DNA of 64,000 nt from a virus (taxonomy: Duplodnaviria > Caudoviricetes). Location of the stretch: positions 34,841 to 98,840 of IMG/VR virus record IMGVR_UViG_3300033074_001413; one strand, 5' to 3'. Below, piece by piece: positions 49,001-57,132 of the stretch. The position numbers were made by a program, and so were the translations under genes. Under the pieces are notes generated by a model. That model ran no database searches and was not told the origin of the DNA. It saw nothing but the letters and a program-made list of their open reading frames with translations. The number at the start of each line of letters is the position of its first letter. Position 1 is the stretch's first letter.

Positions 49001-49737
49001 ATGCGCAGAACTTGAAAGATTTCTCGCATCCGATCATGGTCAAGAAGGCATTGGTAGACAAGCTGTACTTGGACGTCACCACAGTCGAATTGACTGGAAC
49101 TGGAACTGGGGCGATTGTGTACCCAGTAGTATCCAATGGAGCCATTACCGCTTATACAGTGGAAGCTGGTGGCGCAGGGTACACCGCTCCAACAAGAGTG
49201 GTGCTTCATGGCCCTGGTCGCGGAGCGACAGCAGAAGTTACATTGGTCGGTGATGCCGTCAGCGCAGTGAATGTGATCGACGGTGGATCTGGATATGTTT
49301 CCTTGGTCTCTAAGACTGGGGTTTCTACCATTCAGCTCACCCAGTATGACAGGTTCGTTGATGAACTTTCGCCGGAAGGATGCAGCTCTAAGGCAAGGTA
49401 CATCACACGCAGATTCACTTTGAAAGATGCCGCTAACAGCCTTCAGTTGAATCTAACAGTGAACAGACCGATTGGCAGCTACATCGATGTCTATTACAGG
49501 ATATTAAAGGCCGATACTAATGATCCATTTGATGACCAACCGTACATACTGATGGAATTAGATACTAGCAATAACACTGGTGAATCGGTCAACAGTGAAG
49601 ACTATCGAGAGTATCAATACGCGGCCAACCAAATTGGCAACTTTATTGCATTCTCGTTCAAGATCGTCATGCGTGGTGGAAATTCGGCACAGGTACCGAG
49701 AATCAGAGACCTGAGAGGTATTGCACTTGGAACTTAA
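43027..49737 (+). CDS. VrlC/DUF4815-like baseplate protein (shorter paralog)
   Basis: PYNDDW...FYRILFRP...QARELTQLQTILQ; LARRTYDESGDY; YTMRDIGKLEKRIENLEYYT; colinear with 16486-29298. Confidence 0.92.
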   Translation: MPAIDFNVAPYNDDWSASKKFYRILFRPEAPVQARELTQLQTILQNQISRFGDHIFKHGSVVTGGAVSTNFFAGYVRLKPSFGELDGNPVPINIALFTDKIIESDVNGIEAQVLYVVDVTTNDPPTLYVSYLNSGRDGKVKTFQPGEQLRIKGTQNYLMQVDDTNPTGLAALGHINSGVYYIRGIFANVDKQTIILNKYNNIFNGRMGLKIVESIVAPEEDLSLLDNAQGFYNYAAAGAHRYKIDLVLESRSLDITDDTNFVELYRYKESVVQRKVDKTVYNVLADELARRTYDESGDYTVRPFGIDVREHLDTSFVASGTAQSGTALILNPPNPEVPATIVLALSASATDDDYNGMQVYIADGKGAGQKRNITTYVGATRTASVDTDWDQYKTPDSTSTFVVIDPTKINRGIYPPPTGNEAKLAVGIEPGKAYVNGYEIETQATKYVDVDKARDSSLANNSIVNTALGNYFLVKNISNVALPAQNSVNRNYLQIAISRNRPTVADASPLAAEIMGYARVRSIEFHQGIGPADPMAVFKMYVFDVQMNSNEDINLARHFFLFNTSDNSNGGSAVACYGDICTSFQVRNVVGAGLVPAAVISGPNSIGTEKVVSYSPQAGILLTEPIAGTGQPITGTGQGSVSSTTFQIISRRELNEPEKNLLVYPLNQTVVKTLKPSGVADTSYTVRRVLEVQANGSAEFIFSSPDAPFMPYNQYDYLAIITDSGSITPGTWTEGTVLDLSVFDVTFPASNPPNSTLMIKYPSTPIFNGKIKLVCTVHKPLVVEKKKQLNKYLANAANTFKTFTTPTPILQLDVCDVLNARVLMGTQENVDPVLDIPTTWTDVTNRYTLDDGQRDNHYALAKLTLRAGQPSPPNNISVRVYYDYFVHSGTGDYFSVDSYKGQVNYADIPVYTSSTGKKYPLRDCLDFRPRMDNTGINFVKTGASFSDLVKPNDVVICDYEYYLDRIDKIFIDRNGEFHVIRGNPSLTPVPPENPKDGMLLYTLAIEAYTINTKAVKTRMTENKRYTMRDIGKLEKRIENLEYYTSLNLLEKDTADMKVTDTTTGLDRFKNGFIVDNFKNHNIGNVYDSDYHCSIDPVIGEMRPEFIQDNINLEFVPQPISSGYKLVGPNNDVIILQYTEKEWVKQPYSTRIENVNPFAIFGWAGTVTLDPPTDTWRDTTRAPDILVNDDSAYNAYIAAHGTSSVVWNDWQTTWTGETIETVEQLNNAWTGVFEVQRGTEIPGTRTGPFVPGFGVRAQIQIDERVTQTRNGVTSRTGTRTTVVPNTVRTETTDRVISVQTVPFIRNRIVKFIGKRMKPNTRVYPFFDSVAISKFIRPTREAGMTDATFPLPQFDSTYLPVWNDPLYTNGIGTVTGDFDIPNRDDIRFRVGTRIFRLTSDPLNGQNPETWGDATYTAAGLIETRQATITSIREPRFVTENISESQSIHETNVFTRSTIIEGWVDPLAETFLCDMKGGMFLTRVDLYFASKDDNIPVTLQIRNVENGYPGKRVLPFGEATLYPQTIGEGQIYTSDDGSAATTFHFPAPVYLEEKQEYCLVVMANSTKYLVHTARMGETAFGSTNVVSQQPYAGVMFKSQNASTWTAEQLEDIKFTLYRASFDPLVQANVYFQNEDKSTYGSLALGGADNSPEAFITLSGTASTVDDYYKGQFVRIHSTAAANQEREILSYNGTTKVATVTPAWTVVPGVDTFYSVGPRSLTQTWTILDDAPFQTVEGSNVVRVFHGTHGMPKGLSKNSVVIIGNVLEGSYNGIPHTDLMGQFVIDNVELDAYTIETSTSATASGKTGPSGVFATQNRQYDVLYPIASQMVVAGTAVDWQFKTTSGKSPHNNAQASQNPYDKDQTFAPVTVNQNVYFKTPRVIASTINETQNIAGASTFDKKSAIFQATMSTTAEHLSPMIDSKRLGLICVNNRIDDPNFTNITLASLDQGVVVNTGLTPYTMAIDAATGCLSWEDANDRDLSVFKPGHYITVIGDAQNLKDFSHPIMVKKALVDKLYLDVTTVELTGTGTGAIVYPVVSNGAITAYTVEAGGAGYTAPTRVVLHGPGRGATAEVTLVGDAVSAVNVIDGGSGYVSLVSKTGVSTIQLTQYDRFVDELSPEGCSSKARYITRRFTLKDAANSLQLNLTVNRPIGSYIDVYYRILKADTNDPFDDQPYILMELDTSNNTGESVNSEDYREYQYAANQIGNFIAFSFKIVMRGGNSAQVPRIRDLRGIALGT

Positions 49738-49920
49738 ACAAGAAGACAGAGACAGACTGTGTGCGGAAGCACAACTGTGGACCGAAGAAATGAACGGCAA
49801 CTATGGGTGTTCACTTTATGTGGACCCATTGGGATGTGTTAGAACGTCCGTTGCTCCAGTAGATGATGACCCATACACAGAGATTGCAGAGATAGATGAT
49901 ACTCAATTAGGAGAACCAGT

Positions 49921-50397
49921 ATGCCATTAATCAAGGTTGAATGTAACCATCCCAGTCCAGATAACAACATAGTCGTTGCCGATAATAGGCCATCCGACGA
50001 AGCTATTCGGTTTGCAGCAGTGGATCTCGCCGCAGAGATTGAAGCCAAAGCAGCTAGCCATATTATTGCCTTCGTGAACGTAAGCGGTATGACCAAGAAT
50101 AAGGCCAAAGAACGCATCAACGAGTTCATCGATACCCTCCCATTTGAATCGATAGACTCTGCTGTGCCATTTGTTGGTGAGGGTAGTGACCGTTTGGAAG
50201 TCGTTCCAGGCCGACCAACCATACAAGAAATCCTCGCCACCGCTGAGAAAATCGTAGATTTCGTCTATGGAGAATATGAATGCGAGTGCCTGTGTGATTG
50301 TGAAGCGTGTCTAGATGACGAAAGTCTCGAAGACGAACTGGAACCAGAAGAAGCCGTTGAAGTGGCTCCTGACGCGGAAGAACATGGCAATTCCTGA
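49921..50397 (+). CDS. Hypothetical acidic protein
   Basis: AGGAG RBS; acidic, Cys-rich tail. Confidence 0.55.
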   Translation: MPLIKVECNHPSPDNNIVVADNRPSDEAIRFAAVDLAAEIEAKAASHIIAFVNVSGMTKNKAKERINEFIDTLPFESIDSAVPFVGEGSDRLEVVPGRPTIQEILATAEKIVDFVYGEYECECLCDCEACLDDESLEDELEPEEAVEVAPDAEEHGNS

Positions 50398-50626
50398 TTT
50401 TGTCCCAATCAAGGACCATGAGGGTTTGGTCCGTGACACCCGCTCTATGGCTGTCATTAACACGGACTCAGAAGGGCTGGCCAAGGCCAAGCTACAGAAG
50501 CAGCTAGCCCTTCAACGCATGGCTCAAGAAAGGGCCAAAGAGACTGAGTTAAATAATCTAAAGAAAGATGTAGCTCAGATTAAAGATACGCTACAGCTAA
50601 TATTAGCGAAGCTAAGCGAGAAATAA
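50384..50626 (+). CDS. Conserved small virion-region protein
   Basis: DHEGLVRDTRSMAVINTD plus coiled coil, as I recall downstream of VrlC in T4-like phages. Confidence 0.7.
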   Translation: MAIPDFVPIKDHEGLVRDTRSMAVINTDSEGLAKAKLQKQLALQRMAQERAKETELNNLKKDVAQIKDTLQLILAKLSEK

Positions 50627-50630
50627 CACT

Positions 50631-50918
50631 ATGCCGATTCCTTTAGTAACATTGCAAAACACGTTTGACCAGTGGAGACAAGCCACCAACAGCCTGATCA
50701 CACAGGTGAACTCGCTTGGCTCGTCTGCGGCTGTGCTTAGTGTTGGTAGCCCATCCACCAACCAGATTCTGGTTTACGATGGGACATTCTTCAAGAACGT
50801 GACAATGCATGGGGACGCCACCATTGACTCAAGTGGAGCGGTATCAGTGTCCGGTGGTGCCGGATCTGGTTCTCCAGCACGATCCTACTTTCTGAGCAGT
50901 ATGAAGTCGATATTTTAG
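50631..50918 (+). CDS. Small fibre/baseplate-associated protein
   Basis: NTFDQWRQATN N-terminal motif. Confidence 0.6.
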   Translation: MPIPLVTLQNTFDQWRQATNSLITQVNSLGSSAAVLSVGSPSTNQILVYDGTFFKNVTMHGDATIDSSGAVSVSGGAGSGSPARSYFLSSMKSIF

Positions 50919-50926
50919 GAGATAAC

Positions 50927-51241
50927 ATGCCAACAGGTAAACTTGCCGCAGTGGACATCCCGACACCTAACACTGACACGCTACTCTATACCGTTCCTTC
51001 TTCCAAGAAGTCTGTTCTTTCACTATGCCTGACGAACAGAGGGTTAGCGAACGCGGCGATCAGAATTGCGTTGACGACGGGGTCCAACGTAACGGACGCG
51101 GATTACATCGCATTTGATGCGGTGGTCTATCCGAAAGAATCACACGAACGTAATGGTATCGTATTGACAGATGGGCAACGCATTTACGTGCGTACTGATA
51201 CAGCCACTGTCAACGCGGTAGCATGGGGATATGAAGAATAA
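50927..51241 (+). CDS. Small virion structural protein
   Basis: LYTVP...LTN...G.EE beta-rich family. Confidence 0.6.
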   Translation: MPTGKLAAVDIPTPNTDTLLYTVPSSKKSVLSLCLTNRGLANAAIRIALTTGSNVTDADYIAFDAVVYPKESHERNGIVLTDGQRIYVRTDTATVNAVAWGYEE

Positions 51242-51387
51242 TGTGCTGTGAATGGTGTCATACTGAAACCTCTGTTGACACCGCCATCTCGATCTGGATT
51301 GGTGACGAATCTTTCCAGGGCGAGAGGCTAGGGTTCTTTTGTAATGATGACTGTCTTGACAAATGGTGGAATGACTCGGAATAATAT

Positions 51388-51732
51388 ATGGCACGAAACA
51401 TCGACCTATACATTGATCAGGGAGCGTACTTCAACCAGAAGATTGTGGTGAAGAATCAGCTTGGTGCTGTCGTGAATCTGGCCGGATATAATGTCCAGGC
51501 CCAGATGTCCAAGTCGTATTTCACAATCAAGGCTAAGGAGATTACCCTTAACGCGCTTATATCAAATGCCGCCACCGGAGAGGTCATTTTGGAGTTGAGC
51601 GTCGATGAGACTAACAACATACGCGCTGGTCGCTATGTGTACGAGTTGGAAATAATCGATGCAGACGGGAATATCACAAGGGTAGCGGATGGAATAGTCA
51701 CGGTCAATCCAAGGGCTGGTAAGGTGAGATAA
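51388..51732 (+). CDS. Virion structural protein (BppU N-terminal-like)
   Basis: LYIDQGAYF...NLAGY...GRYVYELEI...G.VTV.P. Confidence 0.7.
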   Translation: MARNIDLYIDQGAYFNQKIVVKNQLGAVVNLAGYNVQAQMSKSYFTIKAKEITLNALISNAATGEVILELSVDETNNIRAGRYVYELEIIDADGNITRVADGIVTVNPRAGKVR

Positions 51733-52472
51733 TGCCTCCAACTAATAGGGAACAATTCAAAGATTACGTCCTGCGCCGCCTGGGGTGGCCAGTTATTGAA
51801 ATCAACGTCGATGAAGACCAGATGGAAGACCGTATCGATGATGCCGTTCAGTATTTCCGTGATTATCATTTCGATGGCGTTGAGAAGCTATTCATGCCGC
51901 ACCAACTCACAGCGGCTGACATCGCTAACAAGTGGATTCCAATTCCAGATCCTGTTATCAGCATTGTGAATGTTGTTCCTGTCCAGGAAACACACCAAGC
52001 TATGAATATGTTTGACCTCAGATATCAGATGAGGTTATTTGACTTATTCACTTTCACGTCGACTAGTATCATCCACTACGACCTGCTGCAGAAGCACCTT
52101 GCATTGCTTAATTTCGAATTCAACGCGGACCCGCGCATCCAATTCAATAGGCATCAGGGACGGCTGCATGTGAACTGGAATTGGGACCAGGATGTGCGCG
52201 AAGGAGACTTCATCATAGTGGAGTGCTTCCGCGTTCTCGATCCAAATGACTGGCCCAAGGTATGGAACGATAGATGGTTGAAAGAATACGCCACAGCGCT
52301 TATTAAGCGGCAGTGGGGTATGAACCTAATGAAGTATCAGGGCGTAGCTCTCCCCGGCAACGTTACGTTGAATGGAGAGGCGATCTATACACAGGCCAAT
52401 GATGAAATTCAGAGAATTGAGCAGGAAGTATCACTCAAATATGAGCTTCCTGTGGACTTCTTCATGGGATAG
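51732..52472 (+). CDS. gp13: Neck protein, T4 gp13-like
   Basis: YVLRRLGWPVIEINVDEDQ.EDRIDDA.QYF...HFDG; WLKEYATALIKRQWG.NL.KY.G..LPG.V.LNG. Confidence 0.95.
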   Translation: MPPTNREQFKDYVLRRLGWPVIEINVDEDQMEDRIDDAVQYFRDYHFDGVEKLFMPHQLTAADIANKWIPIPDPVISIVNVVPVQETHQAMNMFDLRYQMRLFDLFTFTSTSIIHYDLLQKHLALLNFEFNADPRIQFNRHQGRLHVNWNWDQDVREGDFIIVECFRVLDPNDWPKVWNDRWLKEYATALIKRQWGMNLMKYQGVALPGNVTLNGEAIYTQANDEIQRIEQEVSLKYELPVDFFMG

Positions 52473-52570
52473 TTGACATAGATAGTCAAGCTGCTGTATT
52501 AGATCAGCCCGCATCGTTTCAAACTGTCTTTTAGTCGACTCAAGTATTTCGATAGCTAGTTCGATTGCCA

Positions 52571-53239
52571 TTAGAATTTCACCCACTCTCCAAGACTTGT
52601 AAAGATATCTATCAGATCCTTCTTATGCTTGTGGTATACAGAGTTAAGAAGAGACAGAAAATCTTCACGAGCGTGATTCAAATGTCTCTGGAACTCCGGG
52701 TTATCGAGGAACTTGTTTAAGTGCTCCCCGCTACCCCAATCATAGATTGATTGAACGGCTTCTTTTGGCTTGTCATGGAACATCCAGAAAACAGAATACA
52801 GATTGGGTGACACCTCAAAGGTTTTGGAACCGACTTTAAGGCGACCATTAGCACCATCTTTATCTCCAAGCTTTTCGACTAGCTTTCGAAAACTGCTATA
52901 GCTGGCATGTGTCAATAGTCGTATGACGAGCGCCTCTCTAGCTGCTTGAATTGTCTTCTGAATGTTTTGGAGAGTAGATAGATGTTCCTTGGCATACTCC
53001 TGCAGCACTGGTTTAAGAAGATCCAATACCAGCAGGTCCCCACCATGTCCATCAAACGCTGTAAGGCGATGGGCCACATATGCGGCGTCACCATCTAACT
53101 CGTTTAAGAAATCAGTGGGAATAAGAATGGACTCCGACGTCATGAAGTCATCAATAATGTCGCTCTGCGTCACTGACTCAGGGCCAGCGTACCGCGCAAA
53201 GTCACCGAAACTGAGGACTCCCTTATGCTTTTTGTCCAT
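52571..53239 (-). CDS. Putative late/internal head protein
   Basis: TAAATA immediately upstream; VLSFGDF N-terminal motif. Confidence 0.5.
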   Translation of the reverse strand: MDKKHKGVLSFGDFARYAGPESVTQSDIIDDFMTSESILIPTDFLNELDGDAAYVAHRLTAFDGHGGDLLVLDLLKPVLQEYAKEHLSTLQNIQKTIQAAREALVIRLLTHASYSSFRKLVEKLGDKDGANGRLKVGSKTFEVSPNLYSVFWMFHDKPKEAVQSIYDWGSGEHLNKFLDNPEFQRHLNHAREDFLSLLNSVYHKHKKDLIDIFTSLGEWVKF

Positions 53240-54080
53240 TAAGCAATATTTAGGCGTGAAGACGTCTAAACTATTGCATACCGTCGCAGATCAAGCAGAT
53301 CTTGCCGGGGTTGACATCCTGCCAATGTTCGATTGCACACTGGCATTTGTATGATCCCGGTGGAGGGGGTGGCGGGAAGTGGACGGTGACCTGTTCGACC
53401 ACCATTGGAGCGATATTGCCGTCAGATGGAACACCGACGACAAGCTGGCAATCTGCATCTAGGCCAAGTCTGGAGATGATTTCCTTGGCTGTGATGTTCA
53501 TTGGTGGGCGCTGCTGCGGCATTACTCCGCCTTTAGATTGCCGTAGTTGCCGAGAAGTGCAGCGATGACTTTGGGATCGCCGGATGTGCACACAATCATG
53601 TCCGGAGATTCTGGTTCGCCTTGCTCTTCCTGCACATCTGGCTTGAACACCAAGACACATTCTACTCCAGAATTCTTGGCGCGTTGTACGGTCTCGATCA
53701 TTTCCTTATACAGTTCGGTGTCCACCATGGTTTCTCCCTACGAGGCGATATACAGAATTCTTGCTACAGAGATGCCAAAATGGAATATGTGTGAGTCGAT
53801 AAAGGCGAAACAGTTGATAATCGAGCCACACTCTCCACATTAGTTCCTCTTCTTGGTGCCAAGTGTGAACACGAAGCAGACGCCGTGCCACACCAGACCG
53901 CAGTTATACCCAAACCCCTTCCCGTCCACGAGGTTCATGATGAATGGGATAACTCCGAATAGGAGAAACAGGATTGGGATGATCCAGGCCAGGAACTTGT
54001 ACATCAGAAGTCCAAACGATAATTCGACCATACCTGAATTATAGATTGGAGTGAAGGAAGCTGTCAACTGAGGATCTGAG

Positions 54081-54167
54081 TGGTAGCCACGGTGGGACTT
54101 GAACCCACACTCCCCGGAGGAAAACGGATTTTAAGTCCGTTGCGTCTGCCAATTCCGCCACGCGGCC
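54081..54167 (-). tRNA. tRNA-Leu(UAA)
   Basis: GGCGGAAUUGGCAGACGC; ACGGA-CUUAAAA-UCCGU; long variable arm; CCA. Confidence 0.95.
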
Positions 54168-54170
54168 ATA

Positions 54171-54287
54171 AGCTCGTACCTACGGATCAGCACGGCCATT
54201 CTGGAGGGTGGTCCAGAATCTAACCGGGACGAACGTCGAGTGGCTTTCCAAGCAGCGCAAAGTCTGCTCAGTCCGCTCATACGAGCT
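54171..54287 (-). ncRNA. Putative 117-nt multibranch small RNA 5' of tRNA-Leu
   Basis: Terminal stem AGCUCGUA/UACGAGCU; internal hairpins; starts 5 nt after TAAATA. Confidence 0.55.
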
Positions 54288-54318
54288 ATTCCTATTTAAG
54301 CTCACTCAGATGACGCTG

Positions 54319-54699
54319 TCAAGCAAGAATTCGCTCGCGCCGTTGGTCGGGCGTACCGAACTGACGCTTCAACCCTTCCTTCTGGAGATATCGGAATAGG
54401 TTCTCGGCGGCTTCCTTTTCGGTGGTGTGACATGTGCAACCCAGGCAGATTTCGCTGCCAGTTGGTGTCGCACCAAACCACGCCTCTCCGCCACCACAGG
54501 TGCACGATGTCGCACGCTTGGTCAGTTGCGGCTTGAGCGCAAAGTGAAATTCGGTGTAGCCGCCACCACTGCTGCTGGCGTACTGTACGAACGAACTACC
54601 ATGCAGAGGAAACTTGGCGGCTTCCATGTCAGGAATCGGAGGGATGGTCAGTTCCATCGACCCATCGTCTCCAATGGTGATGTAGCACTGGATAGTCAT
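54319..54699 (-). CDS. Hypothetical Cys-containing protein
   Basis: 126-aa ORF, CTCG...CLGC. Confidence 0.5.
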   Translation of the reverse strand: MTIQCYITIGDDGSMELTIPPIPDMEAAKFPLHGSSFVQYASSSGGGYTEFHFALKPQLTKRATSCTCGGGEAWFGATPTGSEICLGCTCHTTEKEAAENLFRYLQKEGLKRQFGTPDQRRERILA

Positions 54700-55706
54700 G
54701 CGTTTGCCCGTACGTGTTGAGAGGATCTCCCACAGGTGCGGATCTTGGTGAGGGTTTCCTGGTCGACAGGACGGTTGAACTCCTGTGTGGACACGATGGC
54801 CTTCTTGCTGAAGTTCAAGTGGATCGGCGGGTCGAAAATGACGGTGGTCCCTCCGTCATGCGACATCTCGACGACGTACACAACATGTTCCGAAGGGGAA
54901 CTGGCGCGGCGGGAGAAATACCCGGTGAACGATTTGATCTGGTGGACGATTCCGTGTGTGTCGGCAGCGGATAGCGCCCGGTTGAGGGTAACAAGCTCTC
55001 TGTTGTTTTGAGGCATGGTTACGGATCTCCTTGGTGAATTTACTACAACACCAGTAAAGCACACCTAAGGTGAAACCCGCAAGTGCCCTATTGAATTGGG
55101 CCTGACGGAACTTCTACCAGGAACGGGTCCGTGATTTGATCGGTGTACATGATTTCAACGGATTTGATGGTCGGGTTTCCATCTTCATTGAAACCAAGTT
55201 CGTAGACCCATTTCAATCCGAGTTGACTGCCGCGCACACCAAGATCCTGAAGATCACTGTAGTTATGCAGTGGCGGCTTCGGTATCGTCATCATTGTGTT
55301 GGCCAGTGCGCGACCAACAGCACTTTGGATTGATTGGTCAGGTTCCTGATTGATTTCGCATTCGAAATACTGACCATTCATCCCAATAAGCGTTTTCATT
55401 GAAACCCCTCTCCAATGTGACCATCACAAATAAGACGTCCACACAACTCACATTCAGCTGGAGGTGGTTGTGGATAAAGGCGGTTTAGTATCTCCTCGAA
55501 CTGCGAGAAACCGACACCACAACCCTGTTTGAATGCATCGATAGTTGCATACACAGCCAGCCTGAGCTTGTCCTTCGGAACGCCCGCCTTTGCTATTGGC
55601 TCCAGCATTTCTTCAAGGATTTCAGCCCGTGATGGTGAGTTATTTGGCATCCAATCAAAGTAAGCCACATCTTGACTCAACTTGTCAATTATGCTATAAT
55701 CGTGCT

Positions 55707-56060
55707 ATGGATGACGCACAAAGTGTGAAACCTGATCAGCGTACCACCAACGCGGTCCGACAGGTCCTGATGAACGAGCTTGGTTTGACCCGCGAGTCCG
55801 TTCGTGAAGAAGTGACCAAAATCGTGGAGGGCGCTGTCGAGAAGTTTTTCAACGACAGTAGATTTGAGAAATTCCTCCAACAGCGGGTGGATGCGGCGCT
55901 TCGCACGTACCACTACGGGTCGTCGGAGCTGCAGACACTTATCACTACTCTCGTCGGCAAAGCCGTGCAGGAGCAGGTGATGGCTGACATCAAAGAAAGA
56001 ATCCTCACCCATGTCCAAGTCGAAGTCAAAGCCCAATTCGGCAACCAGCCCCAATCTTAA
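55707..56060 (+). CDS. Hypothetical helical protein
   Basis: TATAAT-N6-ATG start. Confidence 0.6.
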   Translation: MDDAQSVKPDQRTTNAVRQVLMNELGLTRESVREEVTKIVEGAVEKFFNDSRFEKFLQQRVDAALRTYHYGSSELQTLITTLVGKAVQEQVMADIKERILTHVQVEVKAQFGNQPQS

Positions 56061-56242
56061 CATCGGCCTGGATTTGGTCTACGTCTGTGAATTGTACGCC
56101 AAGAAGGTCGATGCCAGAGGATTCAAGAAGGATCCGGTAGCCGCAACAGTCAACTACTGGCGCAGCATCGGCAACTATCCAGAGATGGCCCGCCTGTATT
56201 TGAGAGCCAAACAGCAACAGGCAGCATTCGCGGAGTTGATGG

Positions 56243-56566
56243 ATGACATCATCTGACGCCGAGAACATTGCGGCTAAGCAGTCGTTCTTCAACAACTGGT
56301 GCACGGCCACGGAACAACATTTCAATGCTCCATGGTCCGGTGTCAGACCGTCTGCTGAATATACCAACTTCCGCTGCAAACTGTGTGGTAAACGCATCCA
56401 GGTTGGAGAGGTGTTCATGGCACTTTACACCAACGATATGCTTGGGTGTGGTGGTAATCCACTCGTGTGCAATCTTCATACCAATTACAGTCTCGAGCAG
56501 TTACGGCAACGCTGGCGTGAGATCTGCGAAGAGGCTAAGCAACGGTTCTGGTGGCTCTGGGATTAG
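56243..56566 (+). CDS. Hypothetical Zn-binding protein
   Basis: FRCKLCG...GNPLVC. Confidence 0.55.
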   Translation: MTSSDAENIAAKQSFFNNWCTATEQHFNAPWSGVRPSAEYTNFRCKLCGKRIQVGEVFMALYTNDMLGCGGNPLVCNLHTNYSLEQLRQRWREICEEAKQRFWWLWD

Positions 56567-56601
56567 TTGACAGGTCTGTTTAGCTCGTGGTAGTATGAGG
56601 T

Positions 56602-56793
56602 ATGACCAACATTACTCACGACAGCATCGCCGAACGCGCCTACAAGATCTGGGAGCGGAATGGTTGCCCAGAAGGTACTCAGGATCAGGATTGGCTTCAG
56701 GCGGCAGAAGAGCTTGCCAGCGAAGCCATGGACGCGGCGGAAGCTGCTGCCAATTCCGACCCTGATACCCTCACCATGACCGCCACCAGCTAG
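56602..56793 (+). CDS. DUF2934 family protein
   Basis: IAERAYKIWERNGCPEG...DWLQAAEEL. Confidence 0.85.
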   Translation: MTNITHDSIAERAYKIWERNGCPEGTQDQDWLQAAEELASEAMDAAEAAANSDPDTLTMTATS

Positions 56794-57132
56794 AGAACGG
56801 GCTTTCGGTTGATTTTAGCTTCCATGGCGTCGGACATCGGCTTCCACGGATTGCTAGTCCCACCAGCCCCAACCATCCCGGTGCGGTAGACCTTCTGAAG
56901 GTGGCCGCACCGTTCGCATTTTCGTGCCCCTTTTTGGATTCCTTCAGTCCAGAATAGGATGTCCAGACCATCACGCCGAATGACGTCCTTTTCGTGCGGT
57001 TCCAGCCACTTATGAAGGCCACAGAAGCATAACAGCCTGAGTAGCCACGACAGTTCAACACTCCAAGCGTTCATAATCCAAAAAGACCATAGGGCAAGCT
57101 GAACCATCAAGCTTGCCCTAGTACAGTGGGAA

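Noticed and set aside
16486-49737. Diversity-generating retroelement acting on the paralogous baseplate genes
   Set aside because: Differences between the shared blocks I compared are mostly synonymous and not adenine-specific, and no reverse transcriptase is in the window.
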